NCBI GenBank assembly: GCA_951406725.2
Contig: OX597821.1
Span: forward strand, 114,204,001 to 114,268,000
Reading direction: 5' to 3'
Length of the DNA: 64,000 bases
Origin: Octopus vulgaris
Taxonomy: Eukaryota
The notes under the pieces are model-generated. The model was given only the letters and a program-made list of their open reading frames with translations. It was not told where the DNA came from and did no database searches. This document shows, piece after piece, positions 41,240 through 53,742 of the stretch. Position 1 is the first letter of the stretch. Every line of letters begins with the position of its first letter. Position numbers and translations under genes: made by a program.

Positions 41240-41915
41240 AGAAAAGCTATCCATTTCTTGATTACATTGTAATAAGAACCAATGTATAGCTTCTGTACAT
41301 CAAACAGCTGTGTCCTGTGCAGCAGCTGGATTGGGTAAAACATCAGAACATTTTAAAGTTTTCCCATTTTGAAGTTGTGTCAAGAACATGGTCACTGTTT
41401 GGTGGTCGGAGAGTGGAATCGTCCGCTACTTTTTGTTCCAGTTTAATCCCACTGGTTTAATCCTGACATAACAGAAAACTATTACCAGAAAAAAGGACAA
41501 AATGCATCAAGAATTGCAAAGCTTACAACCAGCATTGGATAAAGACTAATTCTTCCCCATGGCAATTCCCGATCACGTGTCTCACAGGTGACAATGTGGT
41601 ACATGAATGAATTGAAATATGAAACTCCACTGCGTCCGGTTTCCGCATCCGGTTCCCACAACCAGGCGTATTTCTGACCGATTACCACCTTTTAAAGAAT
41701 CTCTGTAACGTCCTGCAAAAAACAAAACGTTTTCGATAACCAAGAGGCAACTGAAAATTTCTTTGAAGAATTTATCAGTTCCACGATTCTATTTTACCAA
41801 AGTAAATGGAGTTATTTCTTGTTGGTATAATGTTCAATATTTCGATTCAAGGAATTTATTTGAGTTTTCTGACTTAAAATGTGATTGTTTAAATCTACAA
41901 CTATTTTCGCACTAA
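41240..41915 (+). mobile_element. mariner transposase relic
   Basis: Fragments PFLDYIV, MVTVWWS, NELKYET, TDYHLLKNL and FFEEFISS resemble mariner DD34D transposase. Confidence 0.7.
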
Positions 41916-42303
41916 ACTGGTATTTCATTTTTAAAATTTAATAATTTGAAATGACACAGTTCTTAGTCTAACTCTTGACATACGTCTCTCTAAAATGTCT
42001 GCAGACATTATTAAAACCAATTCATTAGTCTAGATATCTTCATTAGCCTTAATTTAACGCTAATTTTCAAATATATTAAAGTTCAAAGGCTAAAATGTGT
42101 TACTTCTCATTAATAATCCGATTTCATAAATTTCAAATAAGAAATTTCACATTTTGAGTAATTATTTCAGTTATTGACATTTGCATTTAGATAAGTTTTT
42201 GCGCGCACACTCGCACCCACATGCACATACGTGCAATTGCTTTTGCAGGCATTCGTGTATGCATGCACGTGTGTTTCTACGTACAAGTTTATATATCTGA
42301 GAA

Positions 42304-42545
42304 AGCACGTGGCCTAGTAGTTAGAGTGTTACACTCACGATCGCAAGGTTGTGGTTTCGATTCCCAGACCTGGCGGTGAGTTGTGTTCTTGAGCAAGACA
42401 CTTCATTTCACATTACTCTAGTTCTCTCAGCTTCAAATGAGTAAACTTGCGACTGACTGATATCCCTTTCAGTAGGGAATATTGTGATCTGGGTCGCTTA
42501 CAGAAACCAGGTAACCGGCCCAGTAAGTCTTCGGAGTCGAGACAG
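42304..42545 (+). mobile_element. tRNA-derived SINE
   Basis: GCACGTGGCCTAGTAGTTAG...GGTTTCGATTCC head, TTGAGCAAGACACTT core; related to 46382-46620. Confidence 0.75.
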
Positions 42546-42672
42546 TCGTGTCCAGAGGTATCAATATGTGGGCCGTGTTTATCTGTCTATGATTCTGCAT
42601 GTATCAATGTATAGACACTAATTTACGAACGCTTTAGAACGGCAGTAAACTTCTGAGAAACCAAGACTGTGT

Positions 42673-43046
42673 AGTAAAGATTGTTTGCCAACATAACGTG
42701 GCAATCCTGGTTTAGGACAAATGTTGCTGTAATTTAGCCCCAGGAGACATCGTCTCCAGCTGGCTATACGACACGATTTGTGTCGTTATATTTTCGAACA
42801 AGGGAATCTAGCACCCCCACTCAGCTCAAAACAATATCTGTGTATCGCGATTCCTGGGTAATTTCCCTTCATCACCACAGAATAATTGCTCGGCTAGAGT
42901 GGGAGTGCTAGATTCCCTTATTCGAAAATATAAGGACACAGATCGTGTCGTATAGCCAGCTGGATACAATGTCTCCTGGGGCTAAATTACAGCAACATTA
43001 GTCCTAAACCAGGACTGCCATGTTATTTTGGCAAACAATCTCTACT
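42673..43046. mobile_element. Fold-back element / MITE with ~150-bp inverted arms
   Basis: Arms 42673-~42823 and ~42895-43046, e.g. TGTTGCTGTAATTTAGCCCCAGGAGACAT / ATGTCTCCTGGGGCTAAATTACAGCAACA. No clear TSD. Confidence 0.85.
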
Positions 43047-43399
43047 CCAAAGTACTGTTGCTGAATATCTCACGTGAGATTTAAAAATAGTAATTTTCTA
43101 ATTTATAAACCAAGTCTGTGTTGCATGTTTGGTTCCATGTTAAGTTATTTCTCTATCCTAACGCAACATAACGACGCTTGTCCGTAATCAGTAAACTGGA
43201 CAGTGATTGAGTCTTGACACACACTATTTAGGTGTTGTGAATTTCCTGTTTTTTTTAAACATTCTACAAAGTTTTCTTCCATTTAATATATTTTATACAA
43301 GAGGGAGATTTTTATGTTTTTTTCAGCCAACTTTAGGTGCCTTCGCTTTAAAGAGGTATGTATGTGTAAGTATATATGTATGTTTGTATATATATATAT

Positions 43400-43579
43400 T
43401 TCGCCATGATAGATCGCCGGCCAAGAAAGCTTCTTTTTTTATTTTCTCTCCCTGTTTATTTCTGTCGAAGAGCGTAGGATCGAAATGTAAAAGATTTTCT
43501 CATTTCCCGAGCGTCGTTAAAATAATACATCTGTTTATTGTTTACACACCCGTCTTCGTCTTTTGTTTTTTGTAAATTC

Positions 43580-43583
<4 letters not shown>
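43400..43583 (+). mobile_element. ~185-bp TA-flanked repeat with variant hammerhead-like motif (copy 3 of 3)
   Basis: 43458-43493 ATTT-CTGTCGA-A-GAGC GTAG GATC-GAAAT-GTA-AAAG. Confidence 0.8.
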
Positions 43584-43611
<28 letters not shown>

Positions 43612-43614
<3 letters not shown>

Positions 43615-43976
43615 TCGTGGAACTCTGTCGGTTACAACAACGAAGGTTCCAGTTGATCCGATCAACGGAACAGCCTGCTCGTGAAATTAACGTACAAGTG
43701 GCTGAGCACTCCACAGACACGTCTACCCTTAAAGTAGTTCTCGGGTAGATTCAGCGTGACAAGGCTGGTCCTTTGAAATACAGGTACAACAGAAACAGGA
43801 AGAAAGTGTGGGAGAAAGTTGTGGTGAAAGAGTACAGCAGGGTTCGGCAACCCCACCAGCCGGAGACTCGTGGAGCTTTAGGTGTTTTCGCTCAATAAAC
43901 ATCCACAATGCCCGGCGTGGGAATCGAAACCGTGATCCTACGACCGCGAGTTCGCTGCCCCAACAACCATTGCGCT
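43612..43976 (-). mobile_element. SINE family C, near full length
   Basis: Reverse complement of 60350-60706. Confidence 0.88.
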
Positions 43977-43981
43977 TCCAC

Positions 43982-44012
<31 letters not shown>

Positions 44013-45106
44013 GTGTGTGTGTATATATATGTATATACATACGCATATATATGTACGTATATGCGTGTGGGTGTCTATGTGTGTGTATGTGTCTGTGTAT
44101 GTGTGTAATAATTTGTTTCTACTTCATCATGTCCCTGTAAAATATTAGGCTTAATTTATTTTTTCCTGTGGTAATCGGAAAGATAAGTTAAACGGTATTA
44201 CTAGACATTGTCTGCCCTTCCGTTAAAGCAATACTCCATTAATTCACTGGGAGATTGGTTACAACGAAACTATCTAAGGAAGGTCGCCATTATATACTTC
44301 ACCGTATGTTTTGGCCTTTACTGCATTGCACGTGACCTTCTTTCCCTCTTTCATTCTTTCGTTGCAATATTTTCTGGCCTTGATGAATGACCCCTGTCTG
44401 AAACGTTAATTTTCTACTCTTTCTTTTTTACCCTACGCTCTCCTCAAGTCACTTTATTGATTTTTAGGCATAAACCGTCAAATATTTTCAGTGAAGAACA
44501 GGCTTCACTGGTCCTTATTTTATCGATTTTGGAAAGAGAAAGGTGAAAATAGATCGCCACCTGGTGGCAACATGTTTCTTGGAATGTCAACGTGTCATCA
44601 TCAGGGAAGAAAGTCACATTGGAAAGTGATTTCTTTGGTTGGTCCAGGGCTATAGTAGAAAATACATATCTAGGGTACCGCGCAGGGAGGCTAAATCCAA
44701 GCCCACACGATTGGGAGGCAAACTCCTTAACCATACAGCCACGCCAGTACCTATGAGAATGTTCTTAAAATATCGATTTTGAAATTTCAAACGTTTTAAG
44801 AACCATTTCACCTGGCCATTATAGTCTTGCAAATTCCTGCGTCCATCAGGGACTGCTGTCGGTATATTTATTACAAGGACTGTAAGCATGTATATGTGTG
44901 TGAGTATAGATGTGTCTGTGTGTGAGTGTGTGTGTGTGTATATATATAGATGTGTCTGTGTATATAGATCTGTGTGTAAGTGCATGTGTGTGTATATATA
45001 CACACATCCATATATACACACACACATATATATATATAGATGTATATATATTTACATACATATATGTATATGCATATATACATGTATATATGTATGTATA
45101 TATATG

Positions 45107-45148
<42 letters not shown>

Positions 45149-45177
45149 CATATATGTGTGTGTATATATATATATAT

Positions 45178-45388
45178 ACTCTTTTACTTGTTTCACTCAT
45201 TTGACTCTGGCTATGCCGGAGCACCGCCTTTAGTCGAGCAAATCGACCCTAGGACTTTCTTTGTAAGCCTAGTACTTATTCTATCCGCTAAGTTACGGGG
45301 ACGTAAACACACCAGCATCGGTTGGCAAGCGATGTTGGGGGGGGGGGGGGGCGGACAAACACAGACACACAAACATATAAACACGCAT

Positions 45389-45440
<52 letters not shown>

Positions 45441-45603
45441 TTATACGACGGGCTTCTTTCAGTTTCCGTCTACGAAATCCACTCACAAGGCTTTGGTCGG
45501 CCTGGGGCTATAGTAGAAGACACTTGCCCAAGGTGCCACGCAGTGGACTGAACCCGGAACCATGTTGTTGGTAAGCAAGCTACTTACCACACAACCACTC
45601 CTG
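45178..45603 (-). mobile_element. SINE family B, full length
   Basis: Reverse complement of 33864-34265. Confidence 0.9.
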
Positions 45604-45804
45604 TATATATATATGAATATATACATTTGTGCATATATATTTGTGCAGCATAGATATTTGTAAAAAAAAACGAATGCATAATAACGAAAGGTTAAGACAA
45701 TAAAAGGCAAATTCCGCATCGTGAAGACACTGATAACAATTATTTTGGTCGATTTTTAATGAAGGGTAAAACGTTAGGTGGAAGTAAAGAATAATAATTA
45801 CAAA

Positions 45805-45880
<76 letters not shown>

Positions 45881-46021
45881 CAATAATAATAACAGTAGAA
45901 AGATGTTAGTGTACAGCTGTATTATGAAAAGTGAAAAAAATTGTGAAGGTTTGGTGAAGTGAACAGCGTCTGGGTGTGTCCACATAATAACATGTTTGGC
46001 AAGTTGATTAGATATGTGTGT

Positions 46022-46078
<57 letters not shown>

Positions 46079-46157
46079 TGTGTGTATGTGATATATGGCT
46101 GACTGGCAGTTGTTGGAATGGAAGGGAGAAATAACTGCAAGTATGCATCTTTTTTAT

Positions 46158-46194
<37 letters not shown>

Positions 46195-46381
46195 CATATG
46201 TGTGCGCGTGTGTGTGTGTGTGTGTCTTGTGTGTCTGTGTATGTATGTGTGTGCGTGTGTTATGTGTGTATTGTGTATGTGTTTGTGTGTGTATGCGTGT
46301 ATGTGTGTCCGTGTGTTGTGCGTGTATGTATGTGTGCGTGTGTGCGTGTACGCGCGTGCGCGCGTGCGTATGTGTGTGAAA

Positions 46382-46620
46382 GCGCGTGGCTAAGTGGTTG
46401 AAGCGTTGGATTCCTAATTGTAAGACTGCGGTTTCGGTTCCTGGACCAGGCGATTCTTTGTGTTCTTCAGCAGAAACATTTCATTCCACATTGCTGCAGT
46501 CCACGAAACTGTTAAAAATGAGTAATCTTCCGATGGGCCCTAGCGTCCCGTCCGGGAGGGAAATGCGTCCTCAGAAACCGGGAAACCCACCCTATGAATC
46601 TATATGACTCGGGAAGGACC
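46382..46620 (+). mobile_element. tRNA-derived SINE (diverged)
   Basis: GCGCGTGGCTAAGTGGTT...GGTTTCGGTTCC head. Confidence 0.65.
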
Positions 46621-47138
46621 TTCATCTCGTTTAAATATATAACAGACCCTATTCTCTAGTCTTAGATTTGATAAACAAGACTAATAAATTAAAACTGAAC
46701 CAAAATCCGTGACAAGCTATGACCCAAACTGATTTTTCCTGAGGTCTTAGAAACTTCTAAGCTGAAGTGACAACAGCATGGACTTTATCTTTCTTACCTT
46801 CTTAGAGGATTTAAGTAAAAATTATACAAATGTGTCCAACTTATTTATGCAGCTGAGGATAGCCCTACATTTAAATGATGTAATGGTTACAGTGTTCAAT
46901 TACATTGGAGCCGCTTGAAACGGTCGATTTTGGAAAGAGAAAGGGTGAAAATAGATCGCCCCTTGTCATCATCGGTGAAGAAAGTCACATTGGAAAATCT
47001 ACTCCTGAATAGATCTATCACACAGGAGGTGGGGGTCATTGTTGTGATTTCTTTGGTTGGTTCGGGACTATATCCTGTTGCTTATTTTGATTATACACAC
47101 ACACATACGCATACACACATATATACATACATACATAC

Positions 47139-47186
<48 letters not shown>

Positions 47187-47206
47187 ACCTTTATGGATTT
47201 GCGTTG

Positions 47207-47252
47207 CGAGATTCCTGATATGAAACCATGTGTTGAAACATGTTGTATTTCG
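47207..47252 (+). ncRNA. Minimal hammerhead-like motif with 2-nt core insertion
   Basis: CGAGATTC-CTGA(TA)TGA-AAC catgt GTT-GAAAC-AT-GTT-GTATTTCG; stem I 7 of 8 pairs; next to (TA)n. Confidence 0.55.
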
Positions 47253-47561
47253 GAATAGTCTTCTTTTTTTTTTTTTGTTTTGTGCTAAATAAACACACGC
47301 ATTATATATTCGTTCCTCACTCATTTATTACACATACAAAAAAATAGAAATTACAGACGCAAACGCATGCGCATATAAGGATACACATCATAGAATAACA
47401 GAATAGACTAAGCGGAGCAGGAGCGCACACGGGGATGGAAAATGTCGCCCAAGAAGGCACAGATGTGACAAAAGATTTCCTGACATTAGTTAAAATAAGA
47501 ACAGTGATAAACGAGTGAAGAACGAATATATAGAGTGTGTGTTTATTTAGCCAAAAAAAAA

Positions 47562-48080
47562 ATGGCCGGCTCTGTGGTAAGTAGCTTGCTTACCAACCAC
47601 ATGGTTCCGGGTTCAGTCCGACTGCGTGGCACCTTGGGCAAGTGTCTTCTATTATAGTCTCGGGCCGACCAAAGCCTTGTGAGTGGATTTGGTATCGGAA
47701 ACTGAAAAGAAGCCTATCGTATATATTGTGTATGAGTGTGTGTGTGTGTGTGCGTGTGTGTCTGTGTCGTGTGTGTGTGCGTGCGTGTGTGTGTGTGTGT
47801 GTGTGTTTGTCTGTGTTTGTCCCTCCAACATAGCTTGACGACCGATGCTGGTGCGTTTACATCCCCATAACTTAGCGGTACGACAAAAGAGACCGATAGA
47901 ATAAGTACTAGGCTTACAAAGAATAAGTTCTGGGGTTGATTTGCTCGTCACACATTGTGTCACGCTGAATCTACCAGAGAATTACGCTAAGGGTACACGT
48001 GCACATTAATTTCATGAGCAGGCTGTTCCGTTGATCGGATCAACTGGAACCCACCTCGTCGTAACCGACGGAGTGCCACG
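47562..48080 (+). mobile_element. SINE family B joined to a family C 3' tail
   Basis: Family B to ~47947, then GTCACAC..TGTGTCACGCTGAATCT...GTTCCGTTGATCGGATCAACTGG tail. Confidence 0.8.
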
Positions 48081-48081
48081 A

Positions 48082-48121
<40 letters not shown>

Positions 48122-48124
48122 TAA

Positions 48125-48308
48125 ATATGAGGGTAATAAATTAAAATATTTTATTACCAGCGGTTAACGTGTATGTTCGTTCTGGTGTTATAACAGCGTG
48201 CCACATGAATCCTCTTTTATTTTCATGGTTTGGGTTCTAACTGCCCTTTCTAGCATGTAAGGAGTCCTGTCAAGGGTCTCCTCTCTCTGTATAAAAATAT
48301 TTTATACC

Positions 48309-48315
<7 letters not shown>
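48125..48315. mobile_element. ~190-bp (TA)n-flanked element with ATATGAGGGTA terminal inverted repeats
   Basis: 48125-48135 / 48305-48315; internal TAACTGCCCTTTCTAGC shared with 52826-52842. Confidence 0.7.
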
Positions 48316-48347
<32 letters not shown>

Positions 48348-48463
48348 CTTTAGGTCGTGCTGAATTTTATTTTATTTGAGAACAAAATCTTTGTGGAGAA
48401 TGGCGATTTGACGTCTATATCTAGCATGTTGACTGTCCACTTTTTCGTGTTCAGTCCTTAATT

Positions 48464-48520
<57 letters not shown>

Positions 48521-48524
<4 letters not shown>

Positions 48525-48698
48525 GAGGCGGTAGAAGGAAGATAGGAGAATTTTTATTAATCACTACATCTGTTTCGACCCATTTAACATCTATCCTTCA
48601 TGGGTGGGATAATTAACAACAGGGATCGATGCTAAATGGGTCGAAACAATTGTAGTGATTAGTAAAAAGTCACGTATCTTCATTCTTCCGCCTCTCAT
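48521..48698. repeat. Fold-back next to (TA)n carrying hammerhead 3' halves
   Basis: ~70-bp imperfect arms; GAAAC-AATT-GTA at 48643-48654. Confidence 0.75.
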
Positions 48699-48751
48699 TA
48701 ACCAAACATATAACGAAACACTATGAAAGTGATCGTGCTTTACCAGTAAAT

Positions 48752-48846
<95 letters not shown>

Positions 48847-50003
48847 ATGTTTCATCTGTGCCTCAAATGGAAGTTAAAAAACTATGAATGAAAAGGATGT
48901 TGGTTGAGTCACACGAACCGTCTACTCTTGATTTGATATTTCCGATTCCTTACCAACTAGCGCCACGTACTCGCAAAAAATAAGGATGAAACAGTTATTG
49001 CAAAAATAAGCGAAAACAAAAACAAACAAACAATCAAGTAACCAGCATCTGAGAACACTTAATTGAGATCGTTGTTATAACGTTATAAAAATAACTTCAA
49101 TTCTTTCATCTGAACTAAATCTAAATTTTGCCCAAAGATATTGTTACCCTGTAAAACGAAAGTTACATTGTTTAAACAATTCAAATTATAGAAGACCTCA
49201 GGATAAAATTTGGTTGTGAAAAGGTTCATGACCAAAACTGCAATTTCAGCGGGTGGGGTTTGTTTCATACAACTCAAAGAATTTATTTACTAGAAATATC
49301 GTTTAATTAGTCTTTCTTCTCTCATTCTCTTTCTTTTTATATATTAAAATAGAGAATAAAAATACCTCACAGTGGGATTGTTTGATAGAAAATACATTAT
49401 TTACCTTAAACTATAAACTCCGCTTGTTTTTCTTAACAGTAAGCAAACAGAAAGAGCGCCAAAAATATTGTTTTTTTGATGTGGTTGTCTTCATTTTTAT
49501 TTATTTAAAGCTCCGAAAACTAACATTCCGAAGGAATACCCACACCCATAAAAGGTGAAGCAGCCATATGTTGATTAGAAACGCACAACAACAACAACAA
49601 CAGCAACAGCAACAACAAAGTGTTGTGAAGTATTGTAAAACGGAAATACGAAATCCTTAAACGTTTGATGGACGGCTACGAAGGAGGAAAGCTTTGACTT
49701 CAAGCACGATCTTGAAAGAGAAAATAACGACATTAATAACACAAATAATAATAATAACTATTATAATAACAATAATAATTGAATGATAATACAAGTGACA
49801 TCATTTATTACATGACATTTGTTTATTCTAGATTGGAAACAAAAATAAGAACAAAATAGTTAAGTATGTATTAATTAGTTTCATGGAGGTAGATATGGAG
49901 GCTGTTTGCTTTGTTTCAATTAAGAGTTTGTTTTTTTAATGGAGTTACTTCCCTTGAAATAATCCAAAATATGCCGCCTCTAAATAGATATAAAGACTAT
50001 GTA

Positions 50004-50034
<31 letters not shown>

Positions 50035-50549
50035 ATGTATGTATGTATGAATGTATGAATGTATGTATGTATATTCAGTGTGTGTATGTGTGTGTGTATG
50101 TGTGTGTGTGTGTGTGTGTGTGTACACGCCTCCCACACAGAGATTAGCAGTATTCCTATAGTGGGTAGAATGCCTCCTGGCATTTGCTCCAGTTCCAAGT
50201 TATCTAAGTTCAAATCCTCTCATAGTACATATTTTCGGACTTCTTAAAACTTATAATAATCCTTGGCGATGAGTTGCTGGAAATTCTAGAGAACCGGAAT
50301 AAAATTCGAAAGGTACTTATTACGGTTCTTTGGCTTCTGGCGGCAACGACAGTCAAAGACGCTGGTGCCAAACTGGTATCCATAACTTTTCTCTTGCTCC
50401 ATATCCATGACATAGGAAATGGAGACTTCCAGCCATGCCCAACCGCAAACCTAACTAAAGAATATGTTGCTCAAGCAGATGAACACTGAATCTTAAACGA
50501 TGGGATCCACATACACACTCACGCACGCACGCACAGCTAGCAATCTAGC

Positions 50550-50711
<162 letters not shown>

Positions 50712-51120
50712 CCTTGCTGGCGCCGTTGTAACATAAGGTGAGTCTTAGGCATTTTCATACCTGGCAGACACCACCTCTCTTCAGAACTGACAACAGTCGA
50801 TTTCTTCTTGAGGATAGAAAGACAGACAAAGAGAGAGTGAAAGAGAAGAATCGACCCAGTAGACGACTGGTACTGTATTTATTTACCCCATAACTATGAA
50901 AGGCAAAGTTGTTTTCAATGTTAAAAGGGATTTCACTAAATCACAGCTTAAATTTTAATATCTGCGATGATAAGTGGATCAAAGAAAATGACTGTCTATC
51001 TCAGTTAATTAACACCCATATATACATACATATATACATACACATATATGTATATATACATACATATATACATATATACATATATATATATACATATATA
51101 CATATATTTAAACATATATT

Positions 51121-51196
<76 letters not shown>

Positions 51197-51437
51197 ACTT
51201 ACAACTTTACTTCCTTACTTTTTTGTTTTGTGCTTTATTTATATTGTTATTTACACTATAATTTCTATTTATTTATTCATTCATTTATTACTCTAATTCT
51301 ATTTACCTAATCTATTCTACCTCCAACCAATCTGCAAACCCCTCACCCAAATACATATAAATACATACCACAACAGTATCATTCATTGTGCTGCCATGAA
51401 TTTACAGAAAAAACATACATAACATCTAACATGTTAC

Positions 51438-51516
51438 CCTCTGAAGAGATTATGCTCTGAAATATGAATTTAATATTTAATTAACTTCACTGTGTGTAAA
51501 TGAAACGGTTGTAAGG
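51438..51516 (+). ncRNA. Type-I hammerhead, long stem II
   Basis: CCT-CTGAAGA-gaTTATGC...GTGTAAat-GAAAC-GGTT-GTA-AGG; AATAAA at 51541. Confidence 0.65.
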
Positions 51517-51556
51517 AATAATGATCGATTTGTTGCTGATAATAAACTCTTATTAA

Positions 51557-51967
51557 CCTCAAAATCTCATACTTAAAAATACTTGTGAATTCTTAAATAA
51601 ATGTAAAACTAAAAACGTAATCTATCAATGTGATGTACTCTCAAATAACTACAAGAAAACTTATATTGGGACAACTAAAAATGCAATGAAACTTAGATAT
51701 AGTTCCCATCTCTCAAGTTTCAGAAATAGAAGTAAAGCGAACTTTATCGGACAAAGTAGTTACATCTGGGAACTGAAAGACAAAAACTGTAATTTATGCA
51801 TAAATGAGAAATTCTTCATTTTAATGGCGAAATCAGAATTACTTAATAAACGAGACGAGAAAAATAAACATGTTTGCATAAAGATATATTCTTATTCTCT
51901 AAATACCACTAATAGCCACATTACAGGTTACCAACAGATCTGCATAACATCTTATTACCTCCCCTAA
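51557..51967 (+). pseudogene. Penelope-type GIY-YIG endonuclease fragment
   Basis: In frame upstream of ORF 51686: CEFLNKCKTKNVIYQCDV..TYIGTTKNAMKLRYSSHLSSFR...YIWELK..CNLCINEKFFIL..LLNKRDE. Confidence 0.88.
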
Positions 51968-52560
51968 CCATCCCACTTACCACATAGCAGAATTTAACAT
52001 CACATCACAATTTTAAATTAAATTACCCCGATTAACTGATCTATTTAAAATTCTACGTTGTACACCAGGACATATAATCCTCTATAGTATATTCACTTTA
52101 AAACTTACATAACACGTTGTATTTTCGACTCACATAAAACGTTATATTTTTGATTTTTATTGATTTTTATTTATTTACTGTTTACCTTTTTTTTACTTTT
52201 CCTTTACGTAGCCCATATATATATACATTATGTCGTACTAACTTTTAAAAAGCATCCTAAGTTTTTAACAAGAGCATTATTTGTAACCATAGGGACTAAC
52301 TTAGCTGACACTAACAGTGTTATATATCATAATTACCAACACCGGATATCTCCACCAGGTATAACTCCGGCTAACACCGCCGGTCAACTAGTCATTTCCC
52401 TCACATACTGCTCCATTCATCAAATTGAAGAAACGTACGTACACGTAGGACCCAATAAGTTACAAAAATGTAAGCCTAAAGACTTAACTAACGTTTTCCT
52501 TTTTCTTTAGCCTTTTCCGTTTCCTTTTGTTTCCTTTTTTCTCCTATTTATATTCCTCTA

Positions 52561-52645
52561 AATCATTCTAACGATGTTTGTTAAATGGAACGAGATAAAT
52601 GTAAATTAACTTCGATTTGATAAATGGAAACAGCTGTAAATGGTT
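52561..52645 (+). ncRNA. Type-I hammerhead with G5A core mutation
   Basis: AATCATT-CTAACGA-12-bp stem II (with wobbles)-GAAAC-AGCT-GTA-AATGGTT. Confidence 0.7.
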
Positions 52646-52730
52646 CTGAACCACAATTAAACTATGACCTTTTAATACCAATGATCAACTTCTCATTGTT
52701 TATTATCACTCCATTTCTTTTCTTTCCCAT

Positions 52731-53386
52731 AAAAAAAGTCTGAAACCATTGATCCAGGAGTTACATGGTAAATGATTTTATTTTTCATTCCCTTCAATTT
52801 TTATCTTTGATAGTGGTTCGGAATTTAACTGCCCTTTCTAGCGTGTAGGTAGTCCCATGATGGCTACCTCTTAAGTGTTTAAATATACACTGTATTTATA
52901 TGAATAAGATATAGTCTATTGACTAAATTTTTACACGCTAAGCCACTGGTAATTGAAACTTATATTTCCGATTACCCTTTGATAATATTAATTATTGATA
53001 ATTTTGGGGGATAATTTTCGAAAGGAAAAAGCCAGAATTTTTATTTACTGCCGACAGAGGGCTGCGCTTGCATGGTAGTTTTGAAAAATTAGAATGTATA
53101 AGCACAGAGCATATACTGGATTGCCTCGTATATATATATTTAATCTAAGGTGTACATGCTGAAGAAGGCTTCGCCCAGCAAATTATTTTATTTGCTAAAA
53201 AAGCCTGAAACCATTGGTCCAGGAGTTAGATGGTAAATGTTTTCATTTTTCATTCACTTTGATTTCTATCTTTAATAGTGGTTCGGAATTTAACTGTCCT
53301 TTCTAGCGTGTAGGTAGTCCTATGATGGCTAGGCCACAGGTAATGGAAACTTCAAATATTTTCGATTACCCTTTGATAATATCAAT

Positions 53387-53388
<2 letters not shown>
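52731..53388 (+). repeat. Tandem pLTR-like repeat (52731-52995 / 53197-53388) ending at (TA)n
   Basis: Shared CTGAAACCATTG.TCCAGGAGTTA, TAGTGGTTCGGAATTTAACTG and CGATTACCCTTTGATAATAT. Confidence 0.85.
53155..53223 (+). ncRNA. Type-I hammerhead, intact core
   Basis: CATG-CTGAAGA-AGGCTT..AGCAAAT tatttt ATTTGCT..AAGCCT-GAAAC-CATTG-GTC-CAGG; stem I has one mismatch. Confidence 0.8.
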
Positions 53389-53469
<81 letters not shown>

Positions 53470-53519
53470 TTTAAATTTGTTTACGGGAACAGTCTTGAAT
53501 ATGCAAATAAAGTTCCTGT

Positions 53520-53742
53520 TCCATTATGCCGCCACCTCAATGTAGTTCGCAGGTAGATTCAGCGTGACACAGACTGTGATAAACCTGGCCCTTTAAATTA
53601 TAGATACTACTCATTTTTGCCAGTTGAGTGGACTGGATCCAAGTGAAATAAATGGTCTATCTAAAGGACACAAAAATTCGCCGGGAATCGAGCTCTTCAC
53701 CTTACGATTATGAGCCCAGTACACTAATCACTCAACCATGCA
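53520..53742 (-). mobile_element. tRNA SINE related to 9186-9491
   Basis: Shared ACTCATTTTTGCCAG.TGAGTG and ATTCAGCGTGAC blocks. Confidence 0.7.

Larger units (their letters stand above)
51438..52645 (+). mobile_element. Penelope-like element remnant (GIY-YIG plus flanking hammerheads)
   Basis: Endonuclease fragment lies between HHR motifs at 51438-51516 and 52561-52645. Confidence 0.85.
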
